Shown: one piece after another, positions 48,673 through 58,248 of the stretch
How positions within the stretch are numbered: the stretch's first letter is position 1
Layout of the letters: every line of letters starts with the position of its first letter
IMG/VR virus record: IMGVR_UViG_3300028797_000121
Location: 55,594 to 119,593 of that record
Direction: 5' to 3' (one strand)
Source: a virus
Taxonomy: Duplodnaviria > Caudoviricetes
Length of the DNA: 64,000 bases
Program-made: the position numbers and the translations under genes
The notes under the pieces: generated by a model
What the model saw: the letters and a program-made list of their open reading frames with translations, nothing else
Database searches by the model: none
Told to the model about the DNA's origin: nothing

Positions 48673-49296
48673 GAAATGTTCTTTGATAAAAAAAATAATT
48701 TTGAACCATATGAAAAACCTAGATAGACTTCTAGGGATGGACACAGTGCCTCAACTTCAAGATTTAGAGTGAAAACTTTAGATGGACGGAGACGCAGCAA
48801 AAGGTAACGATTGCCGCAAGATGTGCTAATAACACAAAAAGGAGGATTGTGGTGGGAATAATTATATTTAAGTAAGGTATACTATCCTATTGTTGACAAT
48901 TCTGACAGCCCTGTGGGTGTGTAGGGTATGGAACTGGTAGCGTGGTGGCTATAGGTTGAAACCATATTAAGACCAATAAGTCATTGTGTAGTTGAGGCGT
49001 GGTAACACGATATAAAAATGGATAGTAGTACGAGTAGCGGAAATCTACACATTTACTGTTTAGTTTCGAACCGTGCGATGGTTTTATGAAAAAGATAAAT
49101 ATTTGGAAAATTGCCTGTCGCCCGTGAAAGTAGCAAGTATTGACCTTGTTTAGTTTTGGGAACATCTGTTCTGGATAAAGAAGATTATGGGGTCGCTACC
49201 CATATGAGGCTCTTTATTCGCTAATGACCGAAGTTTACTTATATTATTCTTAATGTGAAGAACATCAAAATTACTTTTTTTGTCAAGGAACATTTC
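48673..49296 (+). ncRNA. Large structured ncRNA (about 620 nt; ROOL/GOLLD-class candidate)
   Basis: 32-bp closing stem, internal GCCTCAACT/AGTTGAGGC helix, own promoter, directly upstream of a tRNA. Confidence 0.7.
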
Positions 49297-49318
49297 AATC
49301 ATTAATTACACCTGATAT

Positions 49319-49395
49319 CGCGGGGTAGAGAAGTGGTCATCTCGCCGTCCTCATAAGTCGGAAACCGATGGTTCGAATCCATCCCACCGCAACCA
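49319..49395 (+). tRNA. Initiator-like tRNA-Met(CAT), atypical
   Basis: CGCGGGG start with C1:A72 mismatch; anticodon stem lacks the 3 G-C pairs. Confidence 0.8.
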
Positions 49396-49707
49396 AGGTT
49401 ATAACATCTAAGGATGTTTATAATACATTCTTTAAATAAAAAACCGCCATTCCCAAGAGGTACTCATTTGCAAGAATGGCTGAACAATGACGGAGGTCTG
49501 TTAATGAGAGACAAGACGGTCATTGGTTTAAAGAAATGCCTATCTTATTTGATACGGCATTGAATATCTTATGTAAAGCCTACTAATAGTGTTTATAATT
49601 TTTTTAATAATATAATAGTAACAATCAGGTTATAAGATATTCAATGGCGTATCAAATGATATGCTATAAAATTTGCAAAAACGAAAATTTTTCGTTATAA
49701 TGTATAT

Positions 49708-49781
49708 GTAGATAGGAATTATATTCCTGTCTATGTTCAATCCCTTTCCAACCCAGCTCCTTCGGGAGACTGGGTCTTTTA
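49708..49781 (+). ncRNA. Putative sRNA (hairpin, CU-rich linker, terminator)
   Basis: Promoter TTGCAA-N17-TATAAT at 49673-49701; two hairpins; U-tract. Confidence 0.5.
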
Positions 49782-49840
49782 TTTTGCATTGATTTTTATT
49801 AAAAAATATATTATAATATATATGTAAAATGTAAAGAAAG

Positions 49841-50041
49841 GTGATGGATATGAGAAGTAAAGAAAGAATTGATGAATTTTGCAGCAAGTTAGCAGAGTTA
49901 TGGAAAGAAAATGCTCAAGATTGGAGATTTGGACAACTAATTGTTAATGTATTTGGAACTTTAAAAAGAGACCCTTGGTTTTATGAAGAAGAAGAAATGA
50001 TGAAAGTTTTTGAAGATTTTTTTAATAGAAAAGGGGAATAG
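49841..50041 (+). CDS. Hypothetical protein
   Basis: R..ERID...W...DWRFGQL...DPWFYEE. Confidence 0.7.
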   Translation: MMDMRSKERIDEFCSKLAELWKENAQDWRFGQLIVNVFGTLKRDPWFYEEEEMMKVFEDFFNRKGE

Positions 50042-50043
50042 TT

Positions 50044-51249
50044 ATGATTAATCCAAAAACAAAGGAAAGAGAATTAGCATATATAGTTCAAATTGATGAC
50101 ATATTACCAATTGAGGGTTCTGATAACTGCGAATGTGCAGTTGTTGGCGGCTGGCATATAATGGTTAGAAAAAATACATATATTCCAGGCAGTATTGCAG
50201 TATATTTTGAAATTGATAGTAAATTACCAGAAACCGCAGAATGGGCGCAATTTCTAGCACCAAAACATTATAAAGTAAAAACTCAAAAATATACATTTGG
50301 GGGTAAGGGTAATTTCATATCTCAAGGTTTACTTGTTTCATTTGCGGACTTAGGTTGGGAAATGGACGAACATGAACTTGGAGATTTTGTTACAAAAGAA
50401 TTAGGCGTAGTTTATTCAGTGGCTGATGATAATAAAAGAAAAACAACTGTAAATAAATATGCAAGAATGAAACAAAGAAATGCTAAATTATTTGCAAAAT
50501 ATAACTTTTTAAATAAAATGTATAAAAATAACTTTGGTAAGAAAGTATTATTTTTATTCTTAGGTCGTAGAAGAGATGCTAAGGCGTCATTCTGGCCCGA
50601 TTGGGTAGTTAAAACAGATGAGGAACGTGTTCAAAATTTACCTCAGCTATTCCCGCCAGACAATACTACGTGGATTGTAACGGAAAAGATAGATGGAACT
50701 TCAACTACCTTTACCGTAAAAAGAAAAAATAGAAAAAAATATGAATATTATGTATGTTCAAGAAATGTATGTTTTGATAAAGCTGATAAACAATGTTTTT
50801 ATGAAACAAATGTTTATACAGAGATGGCAGAAAAATATAATGTGGAAGAAAAATTAGTTGATTTATTACAATCAAAAGATTTAGCTTTTGTAACTCTTCA
50901 AGGAGAAACTTACGGAAAAGGAATTCAAGAACGTGATTATCATATGGAAGATATTGATTTTATGGCATTTAATCTAATATTTGGATATAAAGACGGATCT
51001 ACTCAAAGATTTAACCCAATAGAAATGACACATATACTAGATCTTTATGATATACCTTGCGTTCCTATATTAAATATAGATTTTATTCTTCCAAATTCAA
51101 TTGATGAAATGGTTGCATATGCAGATGGAACTTCTGTTGTAGACGGCGACTATCGTGAAGGTGTTGTATTAAGAACATATGATGGAGTAAATTCATTTAA
51201 AGCAGTAAGCAACACGTATCTATTAAGTAAATTCGGAAATAATCAATAA
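50044..51249 (+). CDS. RNA ligase (Rnl2/DRB0094-like)
   Basis: N-terminal OB fold, KTDEER, TEKIDGTS, SRN, QGE, EGVV, FKAVS. Confidence 0.9.
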   Translation: MINPKTKERELAYIVQIDDILPIEGSDNCECAVVGGWHIMVRKNTYIPGSIAVYFEIDSKLPETAEWAQFLAPKHYKVKTQKYTFGGKGNFISQGLLVSFADLGWEMDEHELGDFVTKELGVVYSVADDNKRKTTVNKYARMKQRNAKLFAKYNFLNKMYKNNFGKKVLFLFLGRRRDAKASFWPDWVVKTDEERVQNLPQLFPPDNTTWIVTEKIDGTSTTFTVKRKNRKKYEYYVCSRNVCFDKADKQCFYETNVYTEMAEKYNVEEKLVDLLQSKDLAFVTLQGETYGKGIQERDYHMEDIDFMAFNLIFGYKDGSTQRFNPIEMTHILDLYDIPCVPILNIDFILPNSIDEMVAYADGTSVVDGDYREGVVLRTYDGVNSFKAVSNTYLLSKFGNNQ

Positions 51250-51307
51250 TTAATTGATTATTTCTTTTTTTTATTATATAATATAATTAGAGAAGGAGAA
51301 AATAGAT

Positions 51308-51415
51308 ATGTGGTATTGGTATGTTTTAACATTTTTAATAGGTAGCATTGTTGGTTTTGGTCTTGCTTCATTATTAGCTGCTGCCGCAATGTCTGATGAT
51401 ATGCACGACGAATAA
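51308..51415 (+). CDS. Small membrane protein (35 aa)
   Basis: AGGAG RBS; TM; TAATG coupling to the next gene. Confidence 0.6.
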   Translation: MWYWYVLTFLIGSIVGFGLASLLAAAAMSDDMHDE

Positions 51416-51762
51416 TGAGAAAGAAAAAAGAAGAAGATTTAAAATATTTAGTTTATGACACAATGAGAAAGTATGTAGCAGATCAAATTGAGGGCTATAT
51501 AGAAATTATTTTTGGTAGAGAATTCTATGAAAAAGGAATGGACTTATCATTTTATTATGAAAGCAACTGTTGTGAATTAACAGTGTATGTTGATGATAAA
51601 GAATTAATGGATGAAGACGGTTTCTATGATGGCATATGTGAATTAGGACATATGCATCCAGAAGACTTCTTATATGTGATAACTCATATGGATGAAGAAA
51701 TTCAACATATAAGAGAGCGATTAAACAAGTATTTAGAATACAAGAACTCAATAGATAAATAA
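51415..51762 (+). CDS. Hypothetical protein
   Basis: Translationally coupled ORF. Confidence 0.65.
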   Translation: MRKKKEEDLKYLVYDTMRKYVADQIEGYIEIIFGREFYEKGMDLSFYYESNCCELTVYVDDKELMDEDGFYDGICELGHMHPEDFLYVITHMDEEIQHIRERLNKYLEYKNSIDK

Positions 51763-51817
51763 TCTATTGATTTTTTTTATAATTTATTATATAATATATA
51801 TGTAATAAATAAAGGAG

Positions 51818-52240
51818 ATGATAGAAATGGGATTAGACAATGGTATTGTAATGAAAAAAGTTAAAAGGGAAAGTGTATTAAAATTCCCTGCATTTGTAAA
51901 ATATGAAATGTGGGATAATATGCAACATAATGCTGAATTTGTTGATGTTGAAATTGCCTATTGGAGAAAATGTTGGGGCATAAGACAAGCAATTATAGAT
52001 GCATTTAATTTAGATGAAGATGATGCAGATTTTGATATTGAAGCAGAAGATATTCCCGCACTTAGCAGAGCATTATATCCATTTTTATCAAAAGAGTATT
52101 GGGATGAAAACTCTGAGTCAATATGGACATTTGATGAACAAATAGATGAAATGATACAAATATTAATAAACTTAAAATGGCTACAAACTTATTTAGCGAA
52201 GTATCCAGATACTGAAGTTAAGTTTTACGATAGCTATTAG
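51818..52240 (+). CDS. Hypothetical phage protein
   Basis: MGLD...EIAYWRK...FYDSY pattern. Confidence 0.75.
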   Translation: MIEMGLDNGIVMKKVKRESVLKFPAFVKYEMWDNMQHNAEFVDVEIAYWRKCWGIRQAIIDAFNLDEDDADFDIEAEDIPALSRALYPFLSKEYWDENSESIWTFDEQIDEMIQILINLKWLQTYLAKYPDTEVKFYDSY

Positions 52241-52269
52241 AATAATATATTGGAAAGGGAGATGATAGT

Positions 52270-53823
52270 ATGTTAGCTAAAAAAACTTTAATAGATAAAT
52301 TAGGACAGGAATATGAACCTATGATAAATAAAATTAGTATTCCTGATTTTACTAAATGTATTGCTCAATATTCAGGGCTATCTATGCAATATATTAAAGA
52401 TGAAATAATTGAAGATTATTTAACAAAATGGGCTACAAATAAAAAATACCTATTTGATTTATTTGGTGGCGAATTAAGGGCGGATATGCCTATCACTTAC
52501 CGCGATGAACAAAGAGATTATAAAGAACAATTATTAGAAATAGGAAGAAAGTATATTGTTTATTATCCTTGGTTTGATATGTTTTCAAATCATTGTGATA
52601 ACAAAATCCGCTATCAAAATATGGGGTGGAATGAAAGAAGCTTATTAGATACAGTATTCCCAGGTAAGATTGAAGGAACATCAATTACACATTTCTTTAA
52701 AAATAAGTTAAATGCATCTGATGAAATCGTTACTGAAATAGGAAGAGTATTTGAAAACGCTGAATTAAATGCAACATATACTCTATCTATTGACCCTGTG
52801 GATATAATGTTATCAAGTGAAAATCCTTATAATTGGACTTCTTGTTATAGATTAGAGAATTTTGAAGAAAGCCATGCTGACGGTTGTTTAGCGGGTGTAT
52901 TAGATAAATCTACTGTAATTAGTTATGTTTGGACTGATGCAGGTAAATTTGTTCTATATAATAAATATGATTTTAAAAATATAAGATATAAAAGACTTCG
53001 TATAACATTAGCTTTTAATTCAACTTTAAATGCTATACATTTTAATAATGTATATCCTTGGAAGCGTGATTGTTCTAATGAATTTATGAAAATGATAAGA
53101 AATAAGGTAGAAGCTTTCATATGTGAAAAAACAGGAAAAGAAGATGTATGGAGAAAATATCAATTTGAAGATGATTTAACTCCATATAGACGCCATGAAG
53201 AGTATGGTTATAGCGAATATAGCGGGGATAATGTATATATATTAAAAAATGAAGATGAACATAAACCATTTGAAATATACAATGAGGAAATAATATGTCC
53301 TTGCGGTTGCGGTCAAATATATGGTGGTAGTGATGAGGTTGAGTATATGGAATTCAATGGTGAAGGTCATATATGCGAAAACTGGTATGAAGAGAGCTGT
53401 GATGAAGAGTGGTGTGATTATGCCGGTGAATATGTAGAATGCGACCATGATTGTGAAAACTGTCGTTCATATCTTTGGGCACATGCTCATTGTGTAATAG
53501 ATGGTGAAGAGCATGCTTGTTCAGAACGAGACCTATGGGATGCTGAACGAGATGGAGATGCTGACTTTGATAGTAGTAGTGTTATAGAATGTAATCCAGA
53601 AGCTTGTGCAAACTGTCCTTTCTATAAATTACATCATCCAGAGCTTCAAGAAGCGGATAATGCGGCAGAAGAACCCGCTGATCAAGACCCTGCAAATGAA
53701 GAACCAGCTGCCGCACCAGTAGAAATTCGTATAAATAATGATAATACTCTTACTGTAAATACAAATCCAAATATAACTTGGACTATTCAAAGTCCATATA
53801 CAACATGGCGACAACCTATGTAA
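52270..53823 (+). CDS. Large hypothetical protein with Cys-rich C-terminus
   Basis: LSIDPVD...S....WTSC motif, many CxxC. Confidence 0.75.
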   Translation: MLAKKTLIDKLGQEYEPMINKISIPDFTKCIAQYSGLSMQYIKDEIIEDYLTKWATNKKYLFDLFGGELRADMPITYRDEQRDYKEQLLEIGRKYIVYYPWFDMFSNHCDNKIRYQNMGWNERSLLDTVFPGKIEGTSITHFFKNKLNASDEIVTEIGRVFENAELNATYTLSIDPVDIMLSSENPYNWTSCYRLENFEESHADGCLAGVLDKSTVISYVWTDAGKFVLYNKYDFKNIRYKRLRITLAFNSTLNAIHFNNVYPWKRDCSNEFMKMIRNKVEAFICEKTGKEDVWRKYQFEDDLTPYRRHEEYGYSEYSGDNVYILKNEDEHKPFEIYNEEIICPCGCGQIYGGSDEVEYMEFNGEGHICENWYEESCDEEWCDYAGEYVECDHDCENCRSYLWAHAHCVIDGEEHACSERDLWDAERDGDADFDSSSVIECNPEACANCPFYKLHHPELQEADNAAEEPADQDPANEEPAAAPVEIRINNDNTLTVNTNPNITWTIQSPYTTWRQPM

Positions 53824-53901
53824 AAAAGTTGCCGCTTTTTACTTTCCTATTGATTTTTTATTAAAAATATTATATAATATATATGTAAATAAGAAAGGAA
53901 A

Positions 53902-54153
53902 GTGATTGTTATGTTTAAAATAACTTATGAAGGTGAACCATATTATTATAACAGTGGTAAACAAGCATATACAGCAAAGGCTGAAATAATTATGGATAAC
54001 GAGGCTAGTTTAGAGGATATAATAGAAGGTATGTTAAAAATAACTGAATTTGCAACATATGCTAAGCAAACCCGCAGCCGCCTAAAAGACATCATAGATA
54101 ATTTAGACTATAACTTTGCTGAAGAAAGAGAGGAGATTGAAAATGTTGAATAG
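53902..54153 (+). CDS. Hypothetical protein
   Basis: Promoter and RBS. Confidence 0.6.
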   Translation: MIVMFKITYEGEPYYYNSGKQAYTAKAEIIMDNEASLEDIIEGMLKITEFATYAKQTRSRLKDIIDNLDYNFAEEREEIENVE

Positions 54154-54406
54154 TGTAATGTTAGTAGGAAGATTAAAAGACTTCCAAGGAAATTCTTTAT
54201 TAATATCAATTCCAAGGGCATATAAAAATGAAAAAGGTAAATATGAAACTGATGAACTAATTGTTCGTGTGCCAGATGGAATTGCTAAAAATGTTAAAAA
54301 ATATTGCAATCGTGGAGCAGTAATTGGAATAAAAGGTAGAGTAAGCAACGGTAATGTAATCACAGCTGAGAAAATAACATTCTTATCTACACCAAAGAAA
54401 AAATAA
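54143..54406 (+). CDS. ssb: Short bacterial-type SSB lacking the acidic tail
   Basis: MLNSVMLVGRL...YETD...GIKGRV...AEKITFL. Confidence 0.8.
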   Translation: MLNSVMLVGRLKDFQGNSLLISIPRAYKNEKGKYETDELIVRVPDGIAKNVKKYCNRGAVIGIKGRVSNGNVITAEKITFLSTPKKK

Positions 54407-54926
54407 TTGATTATTTTAAAAAAATATTATATAATTATAATGTAATAAATAAATAAAACATATTTATAGAAATTGGTCGTTAGAGGCGTAGAACTAACCT
54501 AAGGAGTGGAAATGGCTACCACCGCCTGATATGGCAACTCAAAAATAAAGTCGTGCACTGGTGCAAGTCCAGTAAAATATTAATGCTGTGCGGAGGTTGA
54601 AACACCCTTTGAGTTAAAATATATATGGTTTGAGGGAACAACCCGCGTTAGCTAATCCTTGCGTCATAGCGGGAATGCCAATCAAATGTTTCCCAGGCGG
54701 CGACAGGTCTATACGGGTGTCGTAGAGTGTTTAGTTGGTTATAGTTTATCCCGCAGGGTCACGGCTTTAGGAGAACCTGATAAAAACTACTTAAATTGAT
54801 TATTTTTAAAAAATATTATATAATTAATATGTAAATAAGAAAAGAAATATTTACAAATTAATTAAAGTCTGTTGGTTCCAGTAATAAATAACCCTTATTG
54901 ATTATATTAAAAAAATATTATATAAT
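54407..54926 (+). promoter_or_regulatory. Three tandem copies of the phage promoter TTGATT-N17-TATAAT (54407, 54796, 54898)
   Basis: Near-identical units; the same motif recurs across the window (e.g. 53850, 56608). Confidence 0.8.
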
Positions 54927-55257
54927 TAATATGTAAAAAGAAATAAAAATAATTAAAAAAAAAAGAGTTTGTGAAACCCACTGGTGAACAGGGTAATGCT
55001 TAAACAGGAGGTTCTCTTTAAAAAACTACGGCAATAAGTCCACTAAGAAATCTATGTAATTGCGTGGAACGTGTGCTACTTAGTAGCTGTAAATGCGTGG
55101 AACGTTTTAGATTTCACATATGCTATCTCTTTGTAGATAGCACCTAGAATAAATGTAAACTGATAATATATTTATTCTAGGTGGTGTTTACAAAAAGAAA
55201 GACACCAAAAAAGTTATCTTAAAATAAGAAATATGAAGAAAAGGAGAGTGAATTATT

Positions 55258-55602
55258 ATGGAAAAGATGACAAAAAGAGATTATTTTGAGGCATTAAAAG
55301 GAATCGTTGCAGGAAACGATAGAGAGGCTGAATTCGTTGAATTCTTAGACAAACAAATTGCATTAGTATCTAAGAAAAGAACTGGTGAAACTAAGGTTCA
55401 AAAAGAAAATAAAGAAGTAGTTGAAAAAATCTACAATTATATGGTTGAAGCTGGTAACGCAGTAACTATCAATGATATTATGGATAATTGTGGTATAGCT
55501 TCTAGTCAAAAAGCATCTGCATTAGTTAAGAAATTAGTTGATACTAACAGAGTAACTCGTGGTAAAGATGGTAAAAAAGCAATCTACACAATCGCTGAAT
55601 AA
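55258..55602 (+). CDS. TKRDY-family wHTH protein, paralog 2
   Basis: MTKRDYF...SSQKASALVKKL...KAIYTIAE. Confidence 0.8.
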   Translation: MEKMTKRDYFEALKGIVAGNDREAEFVEFLDKQIALVSKKRTGETKVQKENKEVVEKIYNYMVEAGNAVTINDIMDNCGIASSQKASALVKKLVDTNRVTRGKDGKKAIYTIAE

Positions 55603-55709
55603 TTAATCGTTAATATATAAAAACTCATATGGCGACCTCGGGATGAGGCTCGCCTATTTGAGGTCTATGGAAGATTAGGCACGTGCTGCCGCGAAAGGGA
55701 GTTGATAAT

Positions 55710-56555
55710 ATGAAACTAAATATAAATGATATTCAAACATATTTACGACAAATTGGTGAATATGAAATATTAAGCGAAGATGAAGAAAAGAAATTATTTC
55801 AAGAATTAAAAGCAGGAAACTCTGCCGCACGTGATGAAATAATAGACAGAAATTTAAAATTAGTTGTTGCTATTGCTAAAAAATATAAAGGTTCAGGTTT
55901 ACAATTTATGGACTTAATTCAAGAGGGTGCCTTTGGACTAATGGCGGCTGTTGATAAGTTTAATGTAGATTTAGGATATAAATTTTCAACATATGCAACA
56001 TATTGGATAAGACAAGCAATAACTAAAGCAATCATAAATAAGGGTAGAGCAATTAGATTACCCGCCCATATAAATGATAAGTATTATAAACTTAGACAAA
56101 CTGAGAAGCTATTGTCAAATGAATTAGGAAGAGAACCAAAAATTGAAGAGTTAGCAGATAGACTTCATATGGACGTGCTAGAAGTTAAGAATTTGTTTGA
56201 TATGGGGCAATATCTAATATCATTAGATACGCCAGTAAGCGAAGAAGACGATGACTGTTTAATAGACTTTGTCGAGGACAAGCATTTCGTATCACCTGCT
56301 GCCGCAGTTGCTAAAATGGATTTAAAAGAACAACTTTTCAAAGTTATGGATAGTTTAGAAGAAAGAGAAAAAGAGGTTCTTATAAAAAGATATGGTTTAC
56401 TTGATGGTGAACCTATGACATTGGAAGAAATTGGAAAAGATATGAATTTATCTAGGGAGCGTATAAGACAAATTGAAGAAAAGGCTTTGCGTAAAATGAG
56501 AAACCCTATAAGAAGTAATCAACTTAGAGCATATATGGATGAATTGGCGGCATAG
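55710..56555 (+). CDS. RNA polymerase sigma70 factor (RpoD-like regions 1.2-4)
   Basis: YLRQIG, NLKLVVAIAKKY, DLIQEG, FSTYATYWIRQAI, SRERIRQIE. Confidence 0.95.
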   Translation: MKLNINDIQTYLRQIGEYEILSEDEEKKLFQELKAGNSAARDEIIDRNLKLVVAIAKKYKGSGLQFMDLIQEGAFGLMAAVDKFNVDLGYKFSTYATYWIRQAITKAIINKGRAIRLPAHINDKYYKLRQTEKLLSNELGREPKIEELADRLHMDVLEVKNLFDMGQYLISLDTPVSEEDDDCLIDFVEDKHFVSPAAAVAKMDLKEQLFKVMDSLEEREKEVLIKRYGLLDGEPMTLEEIGKDMNLSRERIRQIEEKALRKMRNPIRSNQLRAYMDELAA

Positions 56556-56690
56556 TCGCCAATTTTTTAGTCCATACGATTTTTTTCAAAAATTATAGCG
56601 AAACTATTGATTTTTTTTAAAAAATATTATATAATATATATATAATAAAAAAATAAATAAAAAATATTGTTTAAAGGGAAGGTGATTGAT

Positions 56691-56900
56691 ATGTGGAGTG
56701 TTTATAGGTGGCTTGAAAAAAGTATTTATGATGAAGAAGGGTATCTTATTCATCAAGGACAAAGTTGGTATTTAGTAGGTAGTTATGATACGATAGATAG
56801 TGCCGCAAATATTGTAAAGCAAGAAATCTATTTATACAATTGCACTGCCGCAGATGGAGACCCAAATCCACAATTTAAAATTTTAAGTAATTTAGAGTAA
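56691..56900 (+). CDS. Hypothetical protein
   Basis: Promoter and RBS. Confidence 0.6.
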   Translation: MWSVYRWLEKSIYDEEGYLIHQGQSWYLVGSYDTIDSAANIVKQEIYLYNCTAADGDPNPQFKILSNLE

Positions 56901-56909
56901 GAAAGGAAA

Positions 56910-57107
56910 GTGATTGATATGTTAAATAAGTATGCGATTATTGATTATGTAGGGGATTGGTGTAGTAATTATAATGATGACATTGAAATGGGGTTCACGC
57001 TAGATAGAATATTAGATGGTTATGAACGCTATGAATTGCCTATTGTTGTTGAAAGATATAATAATGGTAAAGTATATGTAATTAAATTTGGAAAGAGAGG
57101 GAATTAA
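56910..57107 (+). CDS. Hypothetical protein
   Basis: RBS. Confidence 0.6.
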   Translation: MIDMLNKYAIIDYVGDWCSNYNDDIEMGFTLDRILDGYERYELPIVVERYNNGKVYVIKFGKRGN

Positions 57108-57108
57108 T

Positions 57109-57519
57109 ATGTTTGATTATAAGTTAGAAGATGGAAAGATAATAAGAATAAGTGAAAAGACAATAACTAATTTAATGACACAATTAGGGCTAGATAGAGA
57201 AGATGCTATTCAAGTATATCTTGAAGATGAAGGTTATGAAATTAACGAGGAGCAAGAAGAATTAACTAAAAAAGCAAAGGATAATAAAATAACTGCAACT
57301 ATTCATAAAGCAGAGGCTAAGAAAAAAGAACGCAAGAAAGTTGAAAGAAAACCAAACCCTGATAAAGAATTCTTAATTTCAATGTTGGCTGAAGATTTAG
57401 ACGAGTGCGAAGATTGTGCTAATGTTAAAATTGAGAATGTTGGTAAGTTAATCACATTTGAATATAAAGGTAAAAAGTTTAAGTTAGACTTAATTGAAAC
57501 GAGAGTTACGAAAGATTAG
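57109..57519 (+). CDS. Hypothetical protein, paralog of 60237
   Basis: NEEQ.EL.KKAK.NKI...ERKPN...ENVGK.ITF...FKLDL. Confidence 0.8.
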   Translation: MFDYKLEDGKIIRISEKTITNLMTQLGLDREDAIQVYLEDEGYEINEEQEELTKKAKDNKITATIHKAEAKKKERKKVERKPNPDKEFLISMLAEDLDECEDCANVKIENVGKLITFEYKGKKFKLDLIETRVTKD

Positions 57520-57530
57520 GGGGTTGCCGC

Positions 57531-57791
57531 ATGAATGAGATATATGATTATGTAAAAAATTGGGGCGATGAAATAGATATGCTATTTAACGATGACGGTA
57601 GCATAAGCCATATATATTGGACTTTTGAAAAGCATTACTTTTGTGTTACAGAACCTCATTCAGGCAATTATTATAACTATTTATTAAGAGTTGCTAATAA
57701 AGATACTTTTGATAGATGGAGTGGTGCAGAAGTTGAAATATATGCTAAAAATCCTCAACAAATTATATTAACTTTAATAGAATATATATAA
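57531..57791 (+). CDS. Hypothetical protein
   Basis: Operon-packed. Confidence 0.6.
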   Translation: MNEIYDYVKNWGDEIDMLFNDDGSISHIYWTFEKHYFCVTEPHSGNYYNYLLRVANKDTFDRWSGAEVEIYAKNPQQIILTLIEYI

Positions 57792-57877
57792 AAATACGGG
57801 CTAGATATCTAGCCTTTTTATTTGCGGGTAAAGTTGCATCAAAGCAAGCATTTCCGCAAAGCATATAAAGGAATGGT

Positions 57878-57924
57878 TGTGAAGAACTGTTGTGAAATTG
57901 TGAGATTGTGACGAAAAAATGCGA
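57878..57924 (+). repeat. TGTGA iteron cluster 1
   Basis: TGTGA at 57878, 57891, 57899, 57907, plus TGCGA. Confidence 0.6.
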
Positions 57925-57997
57925 AAAAACATCTGTAATTTTCACTGGAAAAAATGAAAAATTTTAGTTATAATATATATGAAAAGGAGATGTTTAT

Positions 57998-58240
57998 ATG
58001 ACTTTAAAAGAGTTTTGCAATAAGTATGATTACAGTGAAAGCACTGTAATAAAAACATTTCCGCAAGTCCAAAGTGTGATATTAAAAAGATATGGAATAA
58101 AAGTTGATAAGATAGGTAGAGGGAAAAAAGCACAATATATAGAAACACAAAAAAGTGAAGAAGAACAAATGGCGGAATTACAAGAATTTTTAAAGACACA
58201 TCCTGCCGTAAAAGAATACTTTGAGGGTATTGAAGGGTAG
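57998..58240 (+). CDS. Small HTH-like protein
   Basis: MTLKEFCNKYDYSESTV. Confidence 0.65.
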   Translation: MTLKEFCNKYDYSESTVIKTFPQVQSVILKRYGIKVDKIGRGKKAQYIETQKSEEEQMAELQEFLKTHPAVKEYFEGIEG

Positions 58241-58248
58241 GTGCGGAG

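Noticed and set aside
39456-49600. Named ribozymes (theta/HDV-like, hammerhead, twister), RNase P or SRP RNA in tRNA spacers
   Set aside because: Consensus cores could not be identified by eye; left as unassigned ncRNA candidates pending an Infernal search.
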